The notes: generated from the letters alone by a model not told the origin. 20,000 nt of DNA from an uncultured virus (IMG/VR IMGVR_UViG_3300018080_000169) (IMGVR_UViG_3300018080_000169), one strand, 5' to 3'; numbered from the stretch's first letter, positions 1 through 8,614 are shown. A program made the numbers and translations.

Positions 1-102
1 TGTAAAATCGGTCTCAATACCCATATCTTTAAGAATAGCATTAACTTTTTGTATTTCGCTATCCTCTTCAGTTTTTAATTTTATAAATACTAATTGTCCC
101 AT
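1..102 (-). CDS. Hypothetical protein, 5' part only (runs off the window)
   Basis: ATG at 102 just downstream of repeat 120; open frame MGQLVFIKLKTEEDSEIQKVNAILKDMGIETDFT. Confidence 0.75.
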   Translation of the reverse strand, partial: MGQLVFIKLKTEEDSEIQKVNAILKDMGIETDFT

Positions 103-154
103 AATGTTTGTGTTTTTTATTATATAACGAATTTAATTTTTAAAGTAATGATAT

Positions 155-646
155 TTATTCTTTTATGAAATAGCCATAAACACATCTTGTCCCCCCACGT
201 GAACAATCGTAAGTATCATGTATAACTCCGTCTATCATAGCAGTTAGATGTTTAGATGTTCTTACAATTAATCTGCCATTTGGCAGTTCATCTGCCCTTA
301 AATGTACTTTACAACCCTGTCCTATAAACATTGTAGGTACCCATTTCCACCCTATACTCTTCAAATATTTTTCGTAAGTTACTCTAAAAACTCCATTCCT
401 GGAATTAGATGTTTTACGTTTTCTTTTTCCTGTTCTTTCTCTTTCTGCTAATAAATTTAAAGTATTATAAACTTCTTTATAATCTTTTCCTGTGGTTATT
501 GCTATTGAACGAGTTACACAATCCCTTACTTTTTCGGCTTTAAAATATTCACTTCTGCCACCGTCATTATATTGAAATTTTTGTGCAAAGGAATAATGCT
601 CTCCATTTTTATAGCCAATTTCTGACCAAATTATTTTTTCTTCCAT
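155..646 (-). CDS. Conserved phage protein, possible Cys-His-Asp (C39/papain-like) fold
   Basis: 163 aa with motifs YNDGGR, DCVTRSIA, KHLTAMIDG, HDT and CVYGYF; repeat upstream. Confidence 0.75.
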   Translation of the reverse strand: MEEKIIWSEIGYKNGEHYSFAQKFQYNDGGRSEYFKAEKVRDCVTRSIAITTGKDYKEVYNTLNLLAERERTGKRKRKTSNSRNGVFRVTYEKYLKSIGWKWVPTMFIGQGCKVHLRADELPNGRLIVRTSKHLTAMIDGVIHDTYDCSRGGTRCVYGYFIKE

Positions 647-696
647 TTGTTTTGTTTTTATTATATAACGAATTTAATTTTTAAAGTAATGAAATT

Positions 697-897
697 TTAA
701 CGTTGTCCAAAGCGTCCTTTATCTATCCAAATTATCAATTCATTTTCGCTTGGTCTTAACATAACTGAACATTTTTTTGATAAAAGATAATTAACTATCT
801 CATTCCTTTTTTTTGTGGAATATTCAAATTCCTCTAAATGTTCATATTTTATTCCTTCAATTTTGCTGTGCCAATATCCTATTTTTATTTTTTTCAT
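697..897 (-). CDS. Hypothetical protein
   Basis: 66-aa ORF exactly filling the space between repeats 908 and 661. Confidence 0.8.
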   Translation of the reverse strand: MKKIKIGYWHSKIEGIKYEHLEEFEYSTKKRNEIVNYLLSKKCSVMLRPSENELIIWIDKGRFGQR

Positions 898-989
898 TTG
901 TTTTTATTTATATAACGAATTTAATTTTAAAAGTAATGAAATTCTACTTTAACTACAAAAAAAATATATTTAAAGTAACAATTAAAATG

Positions 990-1016
990 AAAAAAGAGGA
1001 GGACTTTCACCTCCTC
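990..1016 (-). terminator. Intrinsic terminator
   Basis: Minus strand GAGGAGG-tgaaagt-CCTCCTC followed by a T-run. Confidence 0.7.
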
Positions 1017-1075
1017 CAAAAACAAACAAACAGGCAATTTGTCCCAGAACGGGACTGAAAAGTTCTTTTATATCT

Positions 1076-1513
1076 TTAATCTGAACAACGCTTTTCTGTT
1101 TTCAGCATATCAGCTTCATAATTTTGAAGTATTAACGAAATTTCATCTATTGTGTCTTCATCCAATTCTTCATACGCAACTGAAAATTCATCAACTTCTG
1201 TTTCGTGAACATACGTAACAACATCAACATCATTATTATTAAATCTTTCAATCAGGGAGAAATTGTCTTTTCCTATTGTAGCATAAACAGGAGAGTTTTC
1301 TGATTCCAGTTCACCCATAGAAATACTACCCCATTCTTCAATAATTCTTTTTATTTCTGAAATTTTTTGTTCCTTAATATCTACTTCATGCCCAATTTCA
1401 ACAACTTCTATCATTCCTTCATCATCAATATTGCCATTAATTAATGCTTCTAAAATGTCTTTTGTGGTAGGAGATTTTTCTCCAACATACTTAATTTTAA
1501 ATTCTTTTTTCAT
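1076..1513 (-). CDS. Acidic hypothetical protein
   Basis: 145 aa, Glu/Asp-rich; repeat 1530 upstream. Confidence 0.8.
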   Translation of the reverse strand: MKKEFKIKYVGEKSPTTKDILEALINGNIDDEGMIEVVEIGHEVDIKEQKISEIKRIIEEWGSISMGELESENSPVYATIGKDNFSLIERFNNNDVDVVTYVHETEVDEFSVAYEELDEDTIDEISLILQNYEADMLKTEKRCSD

Positions 1514-1563
1514 AGCTTTTGTTTTTATTTATTATAACGAATTATTATTTTAAAGTAATGAAT

Positions 1564-2016
1564 TTATGCTCCGCAACTTTCTAAAATATCATCAACTTCT
1601 TCCTGGTCATTCGGGGAGAGTTTTTTGTAATAGCTTTGAAATTTATCTTTCAACGCTAAACATTCATCATCTTTACCCTCTCTTAAAAGTTCTTCAGCAT
1701 CTAAAAACATTTGTGCAACTTCATCAGCTTCCAAAACTATATTTACATCAGGGTAAATTTTTTTTACAGTATCAATTAAAACTTTTCTGTCCTTTTCATC
1801 AGGACTAAAAAGTTCTAAACGTCTGCCACCTGGGCCCCAAATGTCTATTGAAAGGTCTGCAAAGTGGTCAAAAAACATTCTTTTGTATTCTTTATAAAAA
1901 AATATAGCCGTAACATTTGAGCCAACTTGAATAACACATTTGTATTTGCCTAATTTAACTTCCCCAAAAACATCATTTTGGGTAACTTTTTCAATTAATC
2001 TTTTTAAATATCCCAT
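1564..2016 (-). CDS. Hypothetical protein
   Basis: 150-aa ORF between repeats 2032 and 1530. Confidence 0.8.
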   Translation of the reverse strand: MGYLKRLIEKVTQNDVFGEVKLGKYKCVIQVGSNVTAIFFYKEYKRMFFDHFADLSIDIWGPGGRRLELFSPDEKDRKVLIDTVKKIYPDVNIVLEADEVAQMFLDAEELLREGKDDECLALKDKFQSYYKKLSPNDQEEVDDILESCGA

Positions 2017-2084
2017 GATTTTTGTTTTTGTTTATATAACGAATTTAATTTTTAAAGTAATGAAATTTATGTCAATAATGTAAA

Positions 2085-2213
2085 TTATTTTAATTTCTCC
2101 ACCAACGATAATATTGCGTTAACAGTTTTTTCATTTTCAAATAACTCTTTATCTACTTCTATTACATAATCAATATTAAATGTCTTTTTTTTCTTCCCTG
2201 TCTTCAGATTCAT
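2085..2213 (-). CDS. Small hypothetical protein (42 aa)
   Basis: Hand-translated MNLKTGKKKKTFNIDYVIEVDKELFENEKTVNAILSLVEKLK; fills the gap before repeat 2032. Confidence 0.45.
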   Translation of the reverse strand: MNLKTGKKKKTFNIDYVIEVDKELFENEKTVNAILSLVEKLK

Positions 2214-2229
2214 GTCCAATATTAATAAG

Positions 2230-2601
2230 TTATGCACCATGTTTTACCATGCACACATAAACACTATACTTTGACCATGAACAACAAAAAACTGTCCATC
2301 CCGAAAATTCAGGAAATTCAATTTCTGTTAAATCTTCTGTAGTTTTATTCTTCCTGATATTTGTTGTGTTTTTATTTGCTTCCAATACGATACAAGGTAT
2401 ATCATTTTTATTACTACCAGTAGCCGAAATTTTACCCCATTTATTTTTTGTGTCAATACAAAAAGCTATTACATTATCTGATTTTTGATAAGTAATACAA
2501 TTGTTTACAGAAATAGCACCTTGATAAGTAACACGGTGCATAACAACAGGTATATTTAATACCTGTGTTTCAGTGTTATTCAAGTTTTCTACTTTTTTCA
2601 T
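2230..2601 (-). CDS. Hypothetical protein carrying an internal inverted-repeat-bounded segment
   Basis: 123-aa ORF; 15-bp inverted repeats at 2229-2243 and 2530-2544. Confidence 0.75.
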   Translation of the reverse strand: MKKVENLNNTETQVLNIPVVMHRVTYQGAISVNNCITYQKSDNVIAFCIDTKNKWGKISATGSNKNDIPCIVLEANKNTTNIRKNKTTEDLTEIEFPEFSGWTVFCCSWSKYSVYVCMVKHGA

Positions 2602-2747
2602 CTTTATTTGTATTTTGATTGTTTATACTATTTAATCAGGCACTAAACATATCTGTTGGATTGTGTTTGTAAGTTTTATGATTTCAATTTTTTTCATTGT
2701 ATCTATATAATGAATAAAAATTATGAAATAATGAATTAATATGTAAC

Positions 2748-2951
2748 TTATAGCTCATCAAGCACATTAATAATTTCCTGTGAATAATCATCAATTAATT
2801 CATCAGTCATTAATTCATACCTACTATAAGGTAATTCTTTTTCAAATTTTTCAACTGCATTTTTAAATTTTTTTACATCATCAGTTGAGAAAGTTCTACT
2901 CATTGTATCAGATGAATGTTTGTCTATTGCTGTAATTGTTAGTAAATCCAT
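2748..2951 (-). CDS. Hypothetical protein
   Basis: 67 aa, between repeats 2964 and 2703. Confidence 0.8.
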   Translation of the reverse strand: MDLLTITAIDKHSSDTMSRTFSTDDVKKFKNAVEKFEKELPYSRYELMTDELIDDYSQEIINVLDEL

Positions 2952-2999
2952 AGCTTTTTTTATTTATATACCGAATTAAAATTTTAAAGTAATAAAAAT

Positions 3000-3025
3000 C
3001 CCCCCACTCAAATTAAGGGGGAGAG
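3000..3025 (-). terminator. CCCCCACTTAATTTAAGCGGGGG-family hairpin
   Basis: ccccccactcaaattaagggggagag between a stop codon and the next repeat. Confidence 0.6.
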
Positions 3026-3030
3026 TTCTT

Positions 3031-3237
3031 TTAATCTTCGTCTGGCAGTTCAGCAATTTCTTTTTCGCCTTCTTCGTGTTCTATTGCCCTGTCATTCCAG
3101 GTAATTATTTCATATTTTTTGCCTTCATATTCAAAAACTTCTGCATCGCCTGCATTTGAGTTTGTTTGACTTTCATCAATAGGATAATCATATAAAAATT
3201 CTCCATTTTCTAAAACGTCTTGAATGTTTGGTTTCAT
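3031..3237 (-). CDS. Acidic hypothetical protein (68 aa)
   Basis: Start moved to the ATG at 3237 (MKPNIQ...), just downstream of repeat 3251. Confidence 0.8.
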   Translation of the reverse strand: MKPNIQDVLENGEFLYDYPIDESQTNSNAGDAEVFEYEGKKYEIITWNDRAIEHEEGEKEIAELPDED

Positions 3238-3286
3238 AGTGTTTTTTTGTTTATATAACGAATAAAAATTTTGAAGTAATGAATTA

Positions 3287-3571
3287 TTACTCAAATTCAA
3301 AACTTATTTCAGTAACATACATATCAGCATCATCAAAACCTGGATTTATCATTTTAAGATAATAAATATCAAAATATCCGAATGTATCTTCTTTTTTTGA
3401 ATTAAACATGAAATTATAATCACAAGGTTTATTATCAAAATTTGTGCAATCTTCTCCTTTAATTTCTTCATTAAAAATTTTGCTCAACTCTTGATTTAAG
3501 GTTTTTGATGAAAATCTTTTGCCAACAAGTTCTTCTAATTTGGCTACTATTGTTTTTTGAATATCTGTCAT
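3287..3571 (-). CDS. Hypothetical protein
   Basis: 94 aa, between repeats 3583 and 3251. Confidence 0.8.
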   Translation of the reverse strand: MTDIQKTIVAKLEELVGKRFSSKTLNQELSKIFNEEIKGEDCTNFDNKPCDYNFMFNSKKEDTFGYFDIYYLKMINPGFDDADMYVTEISFEFE

Positions 3572-3616
3572 AATTCTTTTGTTTATATAACGAATTAAAA
3601 ATTTAAAGTAATGAAA

Positions 3617-3982
3617 TTAAACTCTGCCTCTTTTTTCAGCACAAGTATAACACATATCTTCATTTTCTATAAGCCCTGAAGTTTTGCCACATTTAACACA
3701 AAATCTGTCATTGTTAATATTATCAAACCAAATAGTCAGGGAGTCTTTTATTTCATCATCTTTGACAAAAATATCAACAATTACACCGAGTTCATCTTTA
3801 TCATTTTTTATATCAACAATATCGGTATCACTAACTTTTTCATTTAAAAAATCTTTGATAATATCAACAATTTCTATTGCCCCGTCTTCGCCAACTATAA
3901 GGTCAGCAACTTCTTTTTCATCTAGAAACAATGTATATGTTTCTTTTTCGTTGCCGTCATAAGTAATTACATTTTTTGCCAT
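3617..3982 (-). CDS. Acidic hypothetical protein with C-terminal CxxC...CxxC Zn finger
   Basis: 121 aa; CVKC and CYTC motifs near the C-terminus. Confidence 0.8.
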   Translation of the reverse strand: MAKNVITYDGNEKETYTLFLDEKEVADLIVGEDGAIEIVDIIKDFLNEKVSDTDIVDIKNDKDELGVIVDIFVKDDEIKDSLTIWFDNINNDRFCVKCGKTSGLIENEDMCYTCAEKRGRV

Positions 3983-4040
3983 AGTGTTTTTATTTATATA
4001 ACGAATAAAATTTTTAAAGTAATGAAATTGTTTATTAATT

Positions 4041-4283
4041 TTAGTAGCTTGTTTCAGCAGTTACTTCCCACCACCCACTATAACTAATGCCTTCTTCTCC
4101 TTTTTCAATATCTGTATCGTGCATAAAAACATTGTCGCACAATTCTCCAGATGTATAACCTTCAACCCTCATTTCATTTATTCTTTTTTCAGCACTTTCC
4201 TCAAGTGCCTCTTTGTGATGGTCTAAAATTTCTCCTTCTTCATCTCGCCACCACCTATAAGTAATTATGATTTTCTTTTCCAT
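4041..4283 (-). CDS. Hypothetical phage protein
   Basis: 80 aa with GYTSGEL and YSGWW; second gene of its module. Confidence 0.8.
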   Translation of the reverse strand: MEKKIIITYRWWRDEEGEILDHHKEALEESAEKRINEMRVEGYTSGELCDNVFMHDTDIEKGEEGISYSGWWEVTAETSY

Positions 4284-4297
4284 AATATTTATATTTT

Positions 4298-4627
4298 TTA
4301 GTTAATTAAAATCATTTCCATTTGGTCTTTAATAATATCAATAACCACATCAACCTCTTTAATACCGCTTATATGAAAATTCCATTTACCACTATATCTG
4401 TTTACACCTATAATTTTTTCATCTGCTAAAGAGGGATTATCAAATTTTGTAAAAACTGAATAACAATAATTGTTATCTTCATCAACTTTAATTTTTAAAT
4501 TTCCTGCAATAGTTCTTAAATTATAAGGATAACGATTATCAACTTTTTCTGCTCCGAGTTCAGTAATCATAGCAGTAACTTTTTTTACAAATTCTTTGCT
4601 TCTTTTTGCTGTTATTGTTTTTCTCAT
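4298..4627 (-). CDS. Hypothetical phage protein
   Basis: 109 aa with NRYSGKWNFH; repeat 4641 upstream. Confidence 0.8.
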   Translation of the reverse strand: MRKTITAKRSKEFVKKVTAMITELGAEKVDNRYPYNLRTIAGNLKIKVDEDNNYCYSVFTKFDNPSLADEKIIGVNRYSGKWNFHISGIKEVDVVIDIIKDQMEMILIN

Positions 4628-4675
4628 ATCGTTTTTTTGTTTATATAACGAATTTATTTTTTAAAGTAATGAAGT

Positions 4676-5038
4676 TTATTTTTTAATTCCATGACTTTCA
4701 GGATAATTTTCAAATTCGCCCATATTGTCCCATTCATCTAATAGTGTTTCAGGATGTTGCCAATCACAAAATTCAAATAATACTTCAGCTAATATTTCAG
4801 GGATTCCATTTACTCCCAATTCCTCAAAATGTTCTTTAGCCAAATTTACAAAATCCTGATAAGTATAACCTACGCCCTCTGTATAAAATTCTGCGTCATC
4901 TAATTCAGGGATATAACATACTTCATTTGTTTTTTCGCAAAATGCTTCAAAGTTTTTGTAAATATATCCCTGTTGAAAAAATTCTTTTTCAATTTTGCCG
5001 TTTTCGTGGATTTTACCAACTGTATCTAAATATGCCAT
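4676..5038 (-). CDS. Hypothetical protein (CYIPE / DWQHP motifs)
   Basis: 120 aa, between repeats 5050 and 4641. Confidence 0.8.
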   Translation of the reverse strand: MAYLDTVGKIHENGKIEKEFFQQGYIYKNFEAFCEKTNEVCYIPELDDAEFYTEGVGYTYQDFVNLAKEHFEELGVNGIPEILAEVLFEFCDWQHPETLLDEWDNMGEFENYPESHGIKK

Positions 5039-5061
5039 AATGTTTTTATTTATATAACGAA

Positions 5062-5199
5062 TTATTCTTTTAAAGTAATGAGTTTATATAAGTTTAATTT
5101 TTTGCATTTGGTACAACGCCAACCCTCTTTTCCTAAAAACCTTACACTTAAAAGTGCTTCCGCTTTACAACACGGACTTATGTTTCGTTTTTTATCCAT
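5062..5199 (-). CDS. Zn-ribbon micro-protein (45 aa), paralog of 9817-9957
   Basis: MDKKRNISPCCKAEALLSVRFLGKEGWRCTKCKKLNLYKLITLKE; start just downstream of repeat 5204. Confidence 0.75.
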   Translation of the reverse strand: MDKKRNISPCCKAEALLSVRFLGKEGWRCTKCKKLNLYKLITLKE

Positions 5200-5236
5200 T
5201 ATATAATATAACGAATTAAAAGGGAGAAGTAATGAA

Positions 5237-5605
5237 TTATCCAAAAACAACTTCGCCCATAACTGCCAACTGAAACCAAATATCTGCATCGTTTGCATCA
5301 TCTTCTTCTTTCAAAATATTGGCAAATATATACTGATAATCTTTTAATAAAATTTCTTCAGCTTTTTTAATGCTTTCAAGGTTTATTTCGCCCAATTTTT
5401 CATTTTCATTTTCAATATCAAATATCTCAATAGTTTTACCTTTTTGAATAGCTGTAAAAAATGCTTCACTTAAACAGGGTTTTTCTTCTGTTTTATGTTC
5501 AGATATAAGTTTAGTATTTTTTTCATCTATCAAATACCAATAATTTGAACCGCCCTCTAAAGCAGTTATAATTAAATTTTCTCGTGCTTTATCATTTAAT
5601 TTCAT
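5237..5605 (-). CDS. Conserved phage hypothetical protein (ALEGGSNYW ... DAxxAD..Q...GE motifs)
   Basis: 122 aa, between repeats 5621 and 5204. Confidence 0.85.
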   Translation of the reverse strand: MKLNDKARENLIITALEGGSNYWYLIDEKNTKLISEHKTEEKPCLSEAFFTAIQKGKTIEIFDIENENEKLGEINLESIKKAEEILLKDYQYIFANILKEEDDANDADIWFQLAVMGEVVFG

Positions 5606-5651
5606 AGTGGTTGTTTTTATTTATATAACGAATATTATTTTTAAAGTAATG

Positions 5652-5682
5652 AAAAAAAGGATACAAAAAATTGTATCCTTTT
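5652..5682 (-). terminator. Intrinsic terminator
   Basis: aaaaggatacaa-aaaa-ttgtatcctttt is a perfect 12-bp inverted repeat abutting repeat 5621. Confidence 0.7.
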
Positions 5683-5701
5683 CAAACCAGGCTCCCCTTT
5701 A

Positions 5702-5911
5702 TTACAGGGGAGAATTGAACTTAAACAAGCGAAATAGAAACAGGACTATATTGGTCAAGATAGTATCAACTACTAATATTTTTCTGTATTTTATTTTATA
5801 CATTCTTACTACCCTTCGTATTGCTTTTTTTATTGCCACTTCGTAAGCAATAAAAACCAGGACTAAAGTTGTTACAATCATTGGTACGATAGAATCTATT
5901 ATATAAAACAT
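5702..5911 (-). CDS. Small membrane protein
   Basis: 69 aa; two hydrophobic segments separated by a basic loop. Confidence 0.6.
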   Translation of the reverse strand: MFYIIDSIVPMIVTTLVLVFIAYEVAIKKAIRRVVRMYKIKYRKILVVDTILTNIVLFLFRLFKFNSPL

Positions 5912-5935
5912 ATTTATTTTTCTCCTATTTTAAAA

Positions 5936-6058
5936 TTAATTTTTTACTTTTCTTTTGTGGGACAGGCCCATTAAGCGTTCAGTATTTTGATTATGCCTGA
6001 ATTTTCTTACGGCTTTAATCATTTCTTTGTCTTCTTTAGTGTGCTTTTTTCTTCTCAT
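5936..6058 (-). CDS. Small basic protein (40 aa)
   Basis: Hand-translated MRRKKHTKEDKEMIKAVRKFRHNQNTERLMGLSHKRKVKN; starts just after the previous stop codon. Confidence 0.55.
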   Translation of the reverse strand: MRRKKHTKEDKEMIKAVRKFRHNQNTERLMGLSHKRKVKN

Positions 6059-6063
6059 GACTT

Positions 6064-6327
6064 TTAATAAATTATTATTTTTAATCCCATATTATCAGTA
6101 CGTATATTCATTAATGCTTTTCCAACTTTATTGGCTAATTCTATTTCATCATCAGTTAAATACTCCAGAAAATCACCAATTCCTGTTAGAAACTCATCAA
6201 AACTTTCAACTACAATACCTGCTGTTGTATCTCCAAACATCCCTCGTCCTGAATAATCTTTTCTTAATTCAACATCTATTGACATTGATAGAGCTTCTTC
6301 AAAAGCTTGTGCATATTCCAATTTCAT
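6064..6327 (-). CDS. Conserved phage hypothetical protein (YSGRGMFG motif)
   Basis: 87 aa; TAATG overlap with the upstream ORF. Confidence 0.8.
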   Translation of the reverse strand: MKLEYAQAFEEALSMSIDVELRKDYSGRGMFGDTTAGIVVESFDEFLTGIGDFLEYLTDDEIELANKVGKALMNIRTDNMGLKIIIY

Positions 6328-6461
6328 TATACTTTTCCTCTACGTTTTTTAGTTTTTGTACTTTTTGCTAAAGCAATTTGTTCTGTAAAATCGGCAGGAT
6401 TTTTACCTTCTGCTTTTAATTTTCTTGTAAGTTTTCTGCCTGGAAAATTTTTTCTTTTCAT
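6327..6461 (-). CDS. Small basic protein (44 aa)
   Basis: MKRKNFPGRKLTRKLKAEGKNPADFTEQIALAKSTKTKKRRGKV; downstream of repeat 6497 and translationally coupled to the next gene. Confidence 0.65.
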   Translation of the reverse strand: MKRKNFPGRKLTRKLKAEGKNPADFTEQIALAKSTKTKKRRGKV

Positions 6462-6531
6462 AGTTTGTTTAAATTTTAAGTTTAACAATTATTTATTATT
6501 ATAACGAATTATTTTTTTAAAGTAATGAAAT

Positions 6532-6837
6532 TTACCAGTCAAAAAAACCTTTAGATTTTAACTCAACTTTTGACTTAATCCATTTTAACACTTCATCAGC
6601 ATAATAACAAGTAGATAAGTCTTCCAAATAATCCCTCAATTCTCTTTCTGCGTTTTCGCTATTTATATCAACCTCTAACCTATCCCATTCTTTAGCGTTT
6701 TTCTGACTTGTCTTTCTGCTTGAACCTTCCGAAAAGTCCCATTCTTTAGCTATTACAATAGCTTTTGTCGGAGTAGTCTTTGCGGTTATTACTCCGCCTT
6801 TGCAATATTCACCAATTTTAAAAGTTTTTTCTGCCAT
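6532..6837 (-). CDS. Hypothetical protein
   Basis: 101 aa, between repeats 6849 and 6497. Confidence 0.8.
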   Translation of the reverse strand: MAEKTFKIGEYCKGGVITAKTTPTKAIVIAKEWDFSEGSSRKTSQKNAKEWDRLEVDINSENAERELRDYLEDLSTCYYADEVLKWIKSKVELKSKGFFDW

Positions 6838-6881
6838 AGTGTTTTTATTTATATAACGAATTGTTTTTTTAAAGTAATGAA

Positions 6882-7085
6882 TTATATATTTTCAAACGGG
6901 TCCCAAGAAAATATTTGATAATCTAACTGAAGTCTTTTCCTTACTTTCTTCTTTTTCTTACGTGGGTAATTTTTAGACCTTTGCCATTCTTCACGAATTT
7001 CTTTTAACTTTTCTTCATTGTTGCCCCTCATTGTGCTTTCAAACATCAATGCCATTCCATATAACATACCTAACATTTTGCTCAT
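6882..7085 (-). CDS. Basic hypothetical protein
   Basis: 67 aa; ATGA overlap with the upstream gene. Confidence 0.7.
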   Translation of the reverse strand: MSKMLGMLYGMALMFESTMRGNNEEKLKEIREEWQRSKNYPRKKKKKVRKRLQLDYQIFSWDPFENI

Positions 7086-7273
7086 GCTTTTTCCTCCAAC
7101 GCCTTTTTAATTTGGTGATAAATTTGAAATTGCATATCATATTGAATTTGAGCATAATTTTCTTCACTCCCAGAAAATCCAACTTCTTTTAAAATCTCCT
7201 TTGTCTTTCTTAAAGATATATCCCTTAATTTTTTAAGAAGTTTATCATCATATTCAGATATTTTTTGTCCCAT
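7082..7273 (-). CDS. Hypothetical protein
   Basis: 63 aa; repeat 7284 upstream. Confidence 0.75.
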   Translation of the reverse strand: MGQKISEYDDKLLKKLRDISLRKTKEILKEVGFSGSEENYAQIQYDMQFQIYHQIKKALEEKA

Positions 7274-7320
7274 TTGCTTTTATTTATATAACGAATTAAA
7301 AGGGAGAAGTAATGAAAAAT

Positions 7321-7347
7321 CCCCCACTTAATTTAAGCGGGGGAGAG
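7321..7347 (-). terminator. CCCCCACTTAATTTAAGCGGGGG-family hairpin
   Basis: Hairpin followed by ATTTTT on the minus strand, between a stop codon and repeat 7284. Confidence 0.7.
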
Positions 7348-7350
7348 ATT

Positions 7351-7647
7351 TTATTCTAGCTCCTCAACAATTTGCTTAATATCTATAATAAAACTTTCAA
7401 AATCTTCTAAACTTTCTCTTATTTTAAAGTTTTCCCTGTATTCTTTATTTAAACGGTGAATTTCAATTTCTTCATCAACATCAAAATTATCTACATAAAA
7501 CTGTAGTTGTTCTTTAACTGGTTTATTTTTATTAATAGTAATAATCATATCTACACCGCCGTCTGTCCATTTTTCAAGCTCTATTATATCATCTGAAAAG
7601 TGAACGCCAAAATGTTTGTCTAATATTTGTTTATTTTTTTCTGTCAT
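7351..7647 (-). CDS. Hypothetical protein
   Basis: 98 aa with ELEKWTDGGVDM; repeat 7663 upstream. Confidence 0.8.
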   Translation of the reverse strand: MTEKNKQILDKHFGVHFSDDIIELEKWTDGGVDMIITINKNKPVKEQLQFYVDNFDVDEEIEIHRLNKEYRENFKIRESLEDFESFIIDIKQIVEELE

Positions 7648-7703
7648 AATTAACTCCTTTTTTTATATAACGAATTAAAAAATTGAAGTAATGAAAAATA
7701 AAA

Positions 7704-7735
7704 ACCCCCCCCCACTTAATTTAAGCGGGGGAGAG
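7704..7735 (-). terminator. CCCCCACTTAATTTAAGCGGGGG-family hairpin
   Basis: Same family, with an extended C-run. Confidence 0.7.
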
Positions 7736-7740
7736 TTTTT

Positions 7741-8079
7741 TTAGACGTATTCGCCATTTTTTACTTTATCCATAACTTGCTTCAGGGTATAGTCGCCAGG
7801 GTCAAAATACATATCTCTTTCAATTCCAAGTCCAAAAGGGAGTTTTAAACTTTCAAGCTCATCAAGCGAAACAGTGCCACATTCGGCAAATGTAGGGTCC
7901 CCCAAATTTGCAAAGCACATAAATATCCTATCTTCCTCATTGTATTCATAAAGGTACCAAGTAGAATTTCCAACGGGTGTAAAATATTTTGCAATTACCT
8001 TTATTTCTTCTGCTGTCATTTCAGAAGTATCGCCCTGCTTTTTAAAAGCATCCAGAATTTTTTTTGTAAGTAGTTTCAT
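7741..8079 (-). CDS. DUF2958 family protein
   Basis: KYFTPVGNSTWYLYE ... ECGTVSLDELESLKLPFGLGIERDMYF matches the DUF2958 pattern as recalled. Confidence 0.8.
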   Translation of the reverse strand: MKLLTKKILDAFKKQGDTSEMTAEEIKVIAKYFTPVGNSTWYLYEYNEEDRIFMCFANLGDPTFAECGTVSLDELESLKLPFGLGIERDMYFDPGDYTLKQVMDKVKNGEYV

Positions 8080-8095
8080 AGTCGTTTGTTTTTGT

Positions 8096-8614
8096 TTATA
8101 TAACGAAATTAAATTTTAAAGTAATGAATGAATATTCAGCTAAAATTTCTTTTTCAATTTCTTTTATTATTGCTGTTCTCTGTGCTTCTTTTCTTTCTTC
8201 GTATATTTCTTCAGCGTGTCTATAAAAAAGAAAGTTTATATCTTCTTCAAACTCTTTTATAATTTTGTTATATTTAAGCTCTTTAAATATTAGTGTAAAT
8301 CTTTTGCGTGTTCTTCGCCCCTCTAATATTTCTCCGTCCCAAATTATAACTTTAATTTCAAAATCATTTTTGTTAAAAGTTAGTGATACATCTAAATTAT
8401 GTGAATATGTTGTCCAAGAATCAATTTTTTTCAATTTCTTCTTCATTTCTTCTTTTGTGTCAGGATAAACAAAAAAATTTTTTGCCTCATATTCCTGAAA
8501 GTCTAAATTGTGCTTTTTACAAAAATAAAAAAATTCAGCACCATGTCTAAAATTTCCTGTTCGTATATAACCCAAAATTTTTGCCTTTTTTGAAAGTGTT
8601 TTTATTGTTGTCAT
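8096..8614 (-). CDS. Hypothetical protein whose 3' end reads through the next repeat
   Basis: 172 aa; the C-terminal SFITLKFNFVI is encoded by repeat 8096. Confidence 0.75.
   Translation of the reverse strand: MTTIKTLSKKAKILGYIRTGNFRHGAEFFYFCKKHNLDFQEYEAKNFFVYPDTKEEMKKKLKKIDSWTTYSHNLDVSLTFNKNDFEIKVIIWDGEILEGRRTRKRFTLIFKELKYNKIIKEFEEDINFLFYRHAEEIYEERKEAQRTAIIKEIEKEILAEYSFITLKFNFVI

Noticed and set aside
950..981. Additional repeat copy near 950-981
   Set aside because: Only the tttaaagtaaca half is present; the ataacgaa box is missing, so it is at most a decayed remnant.
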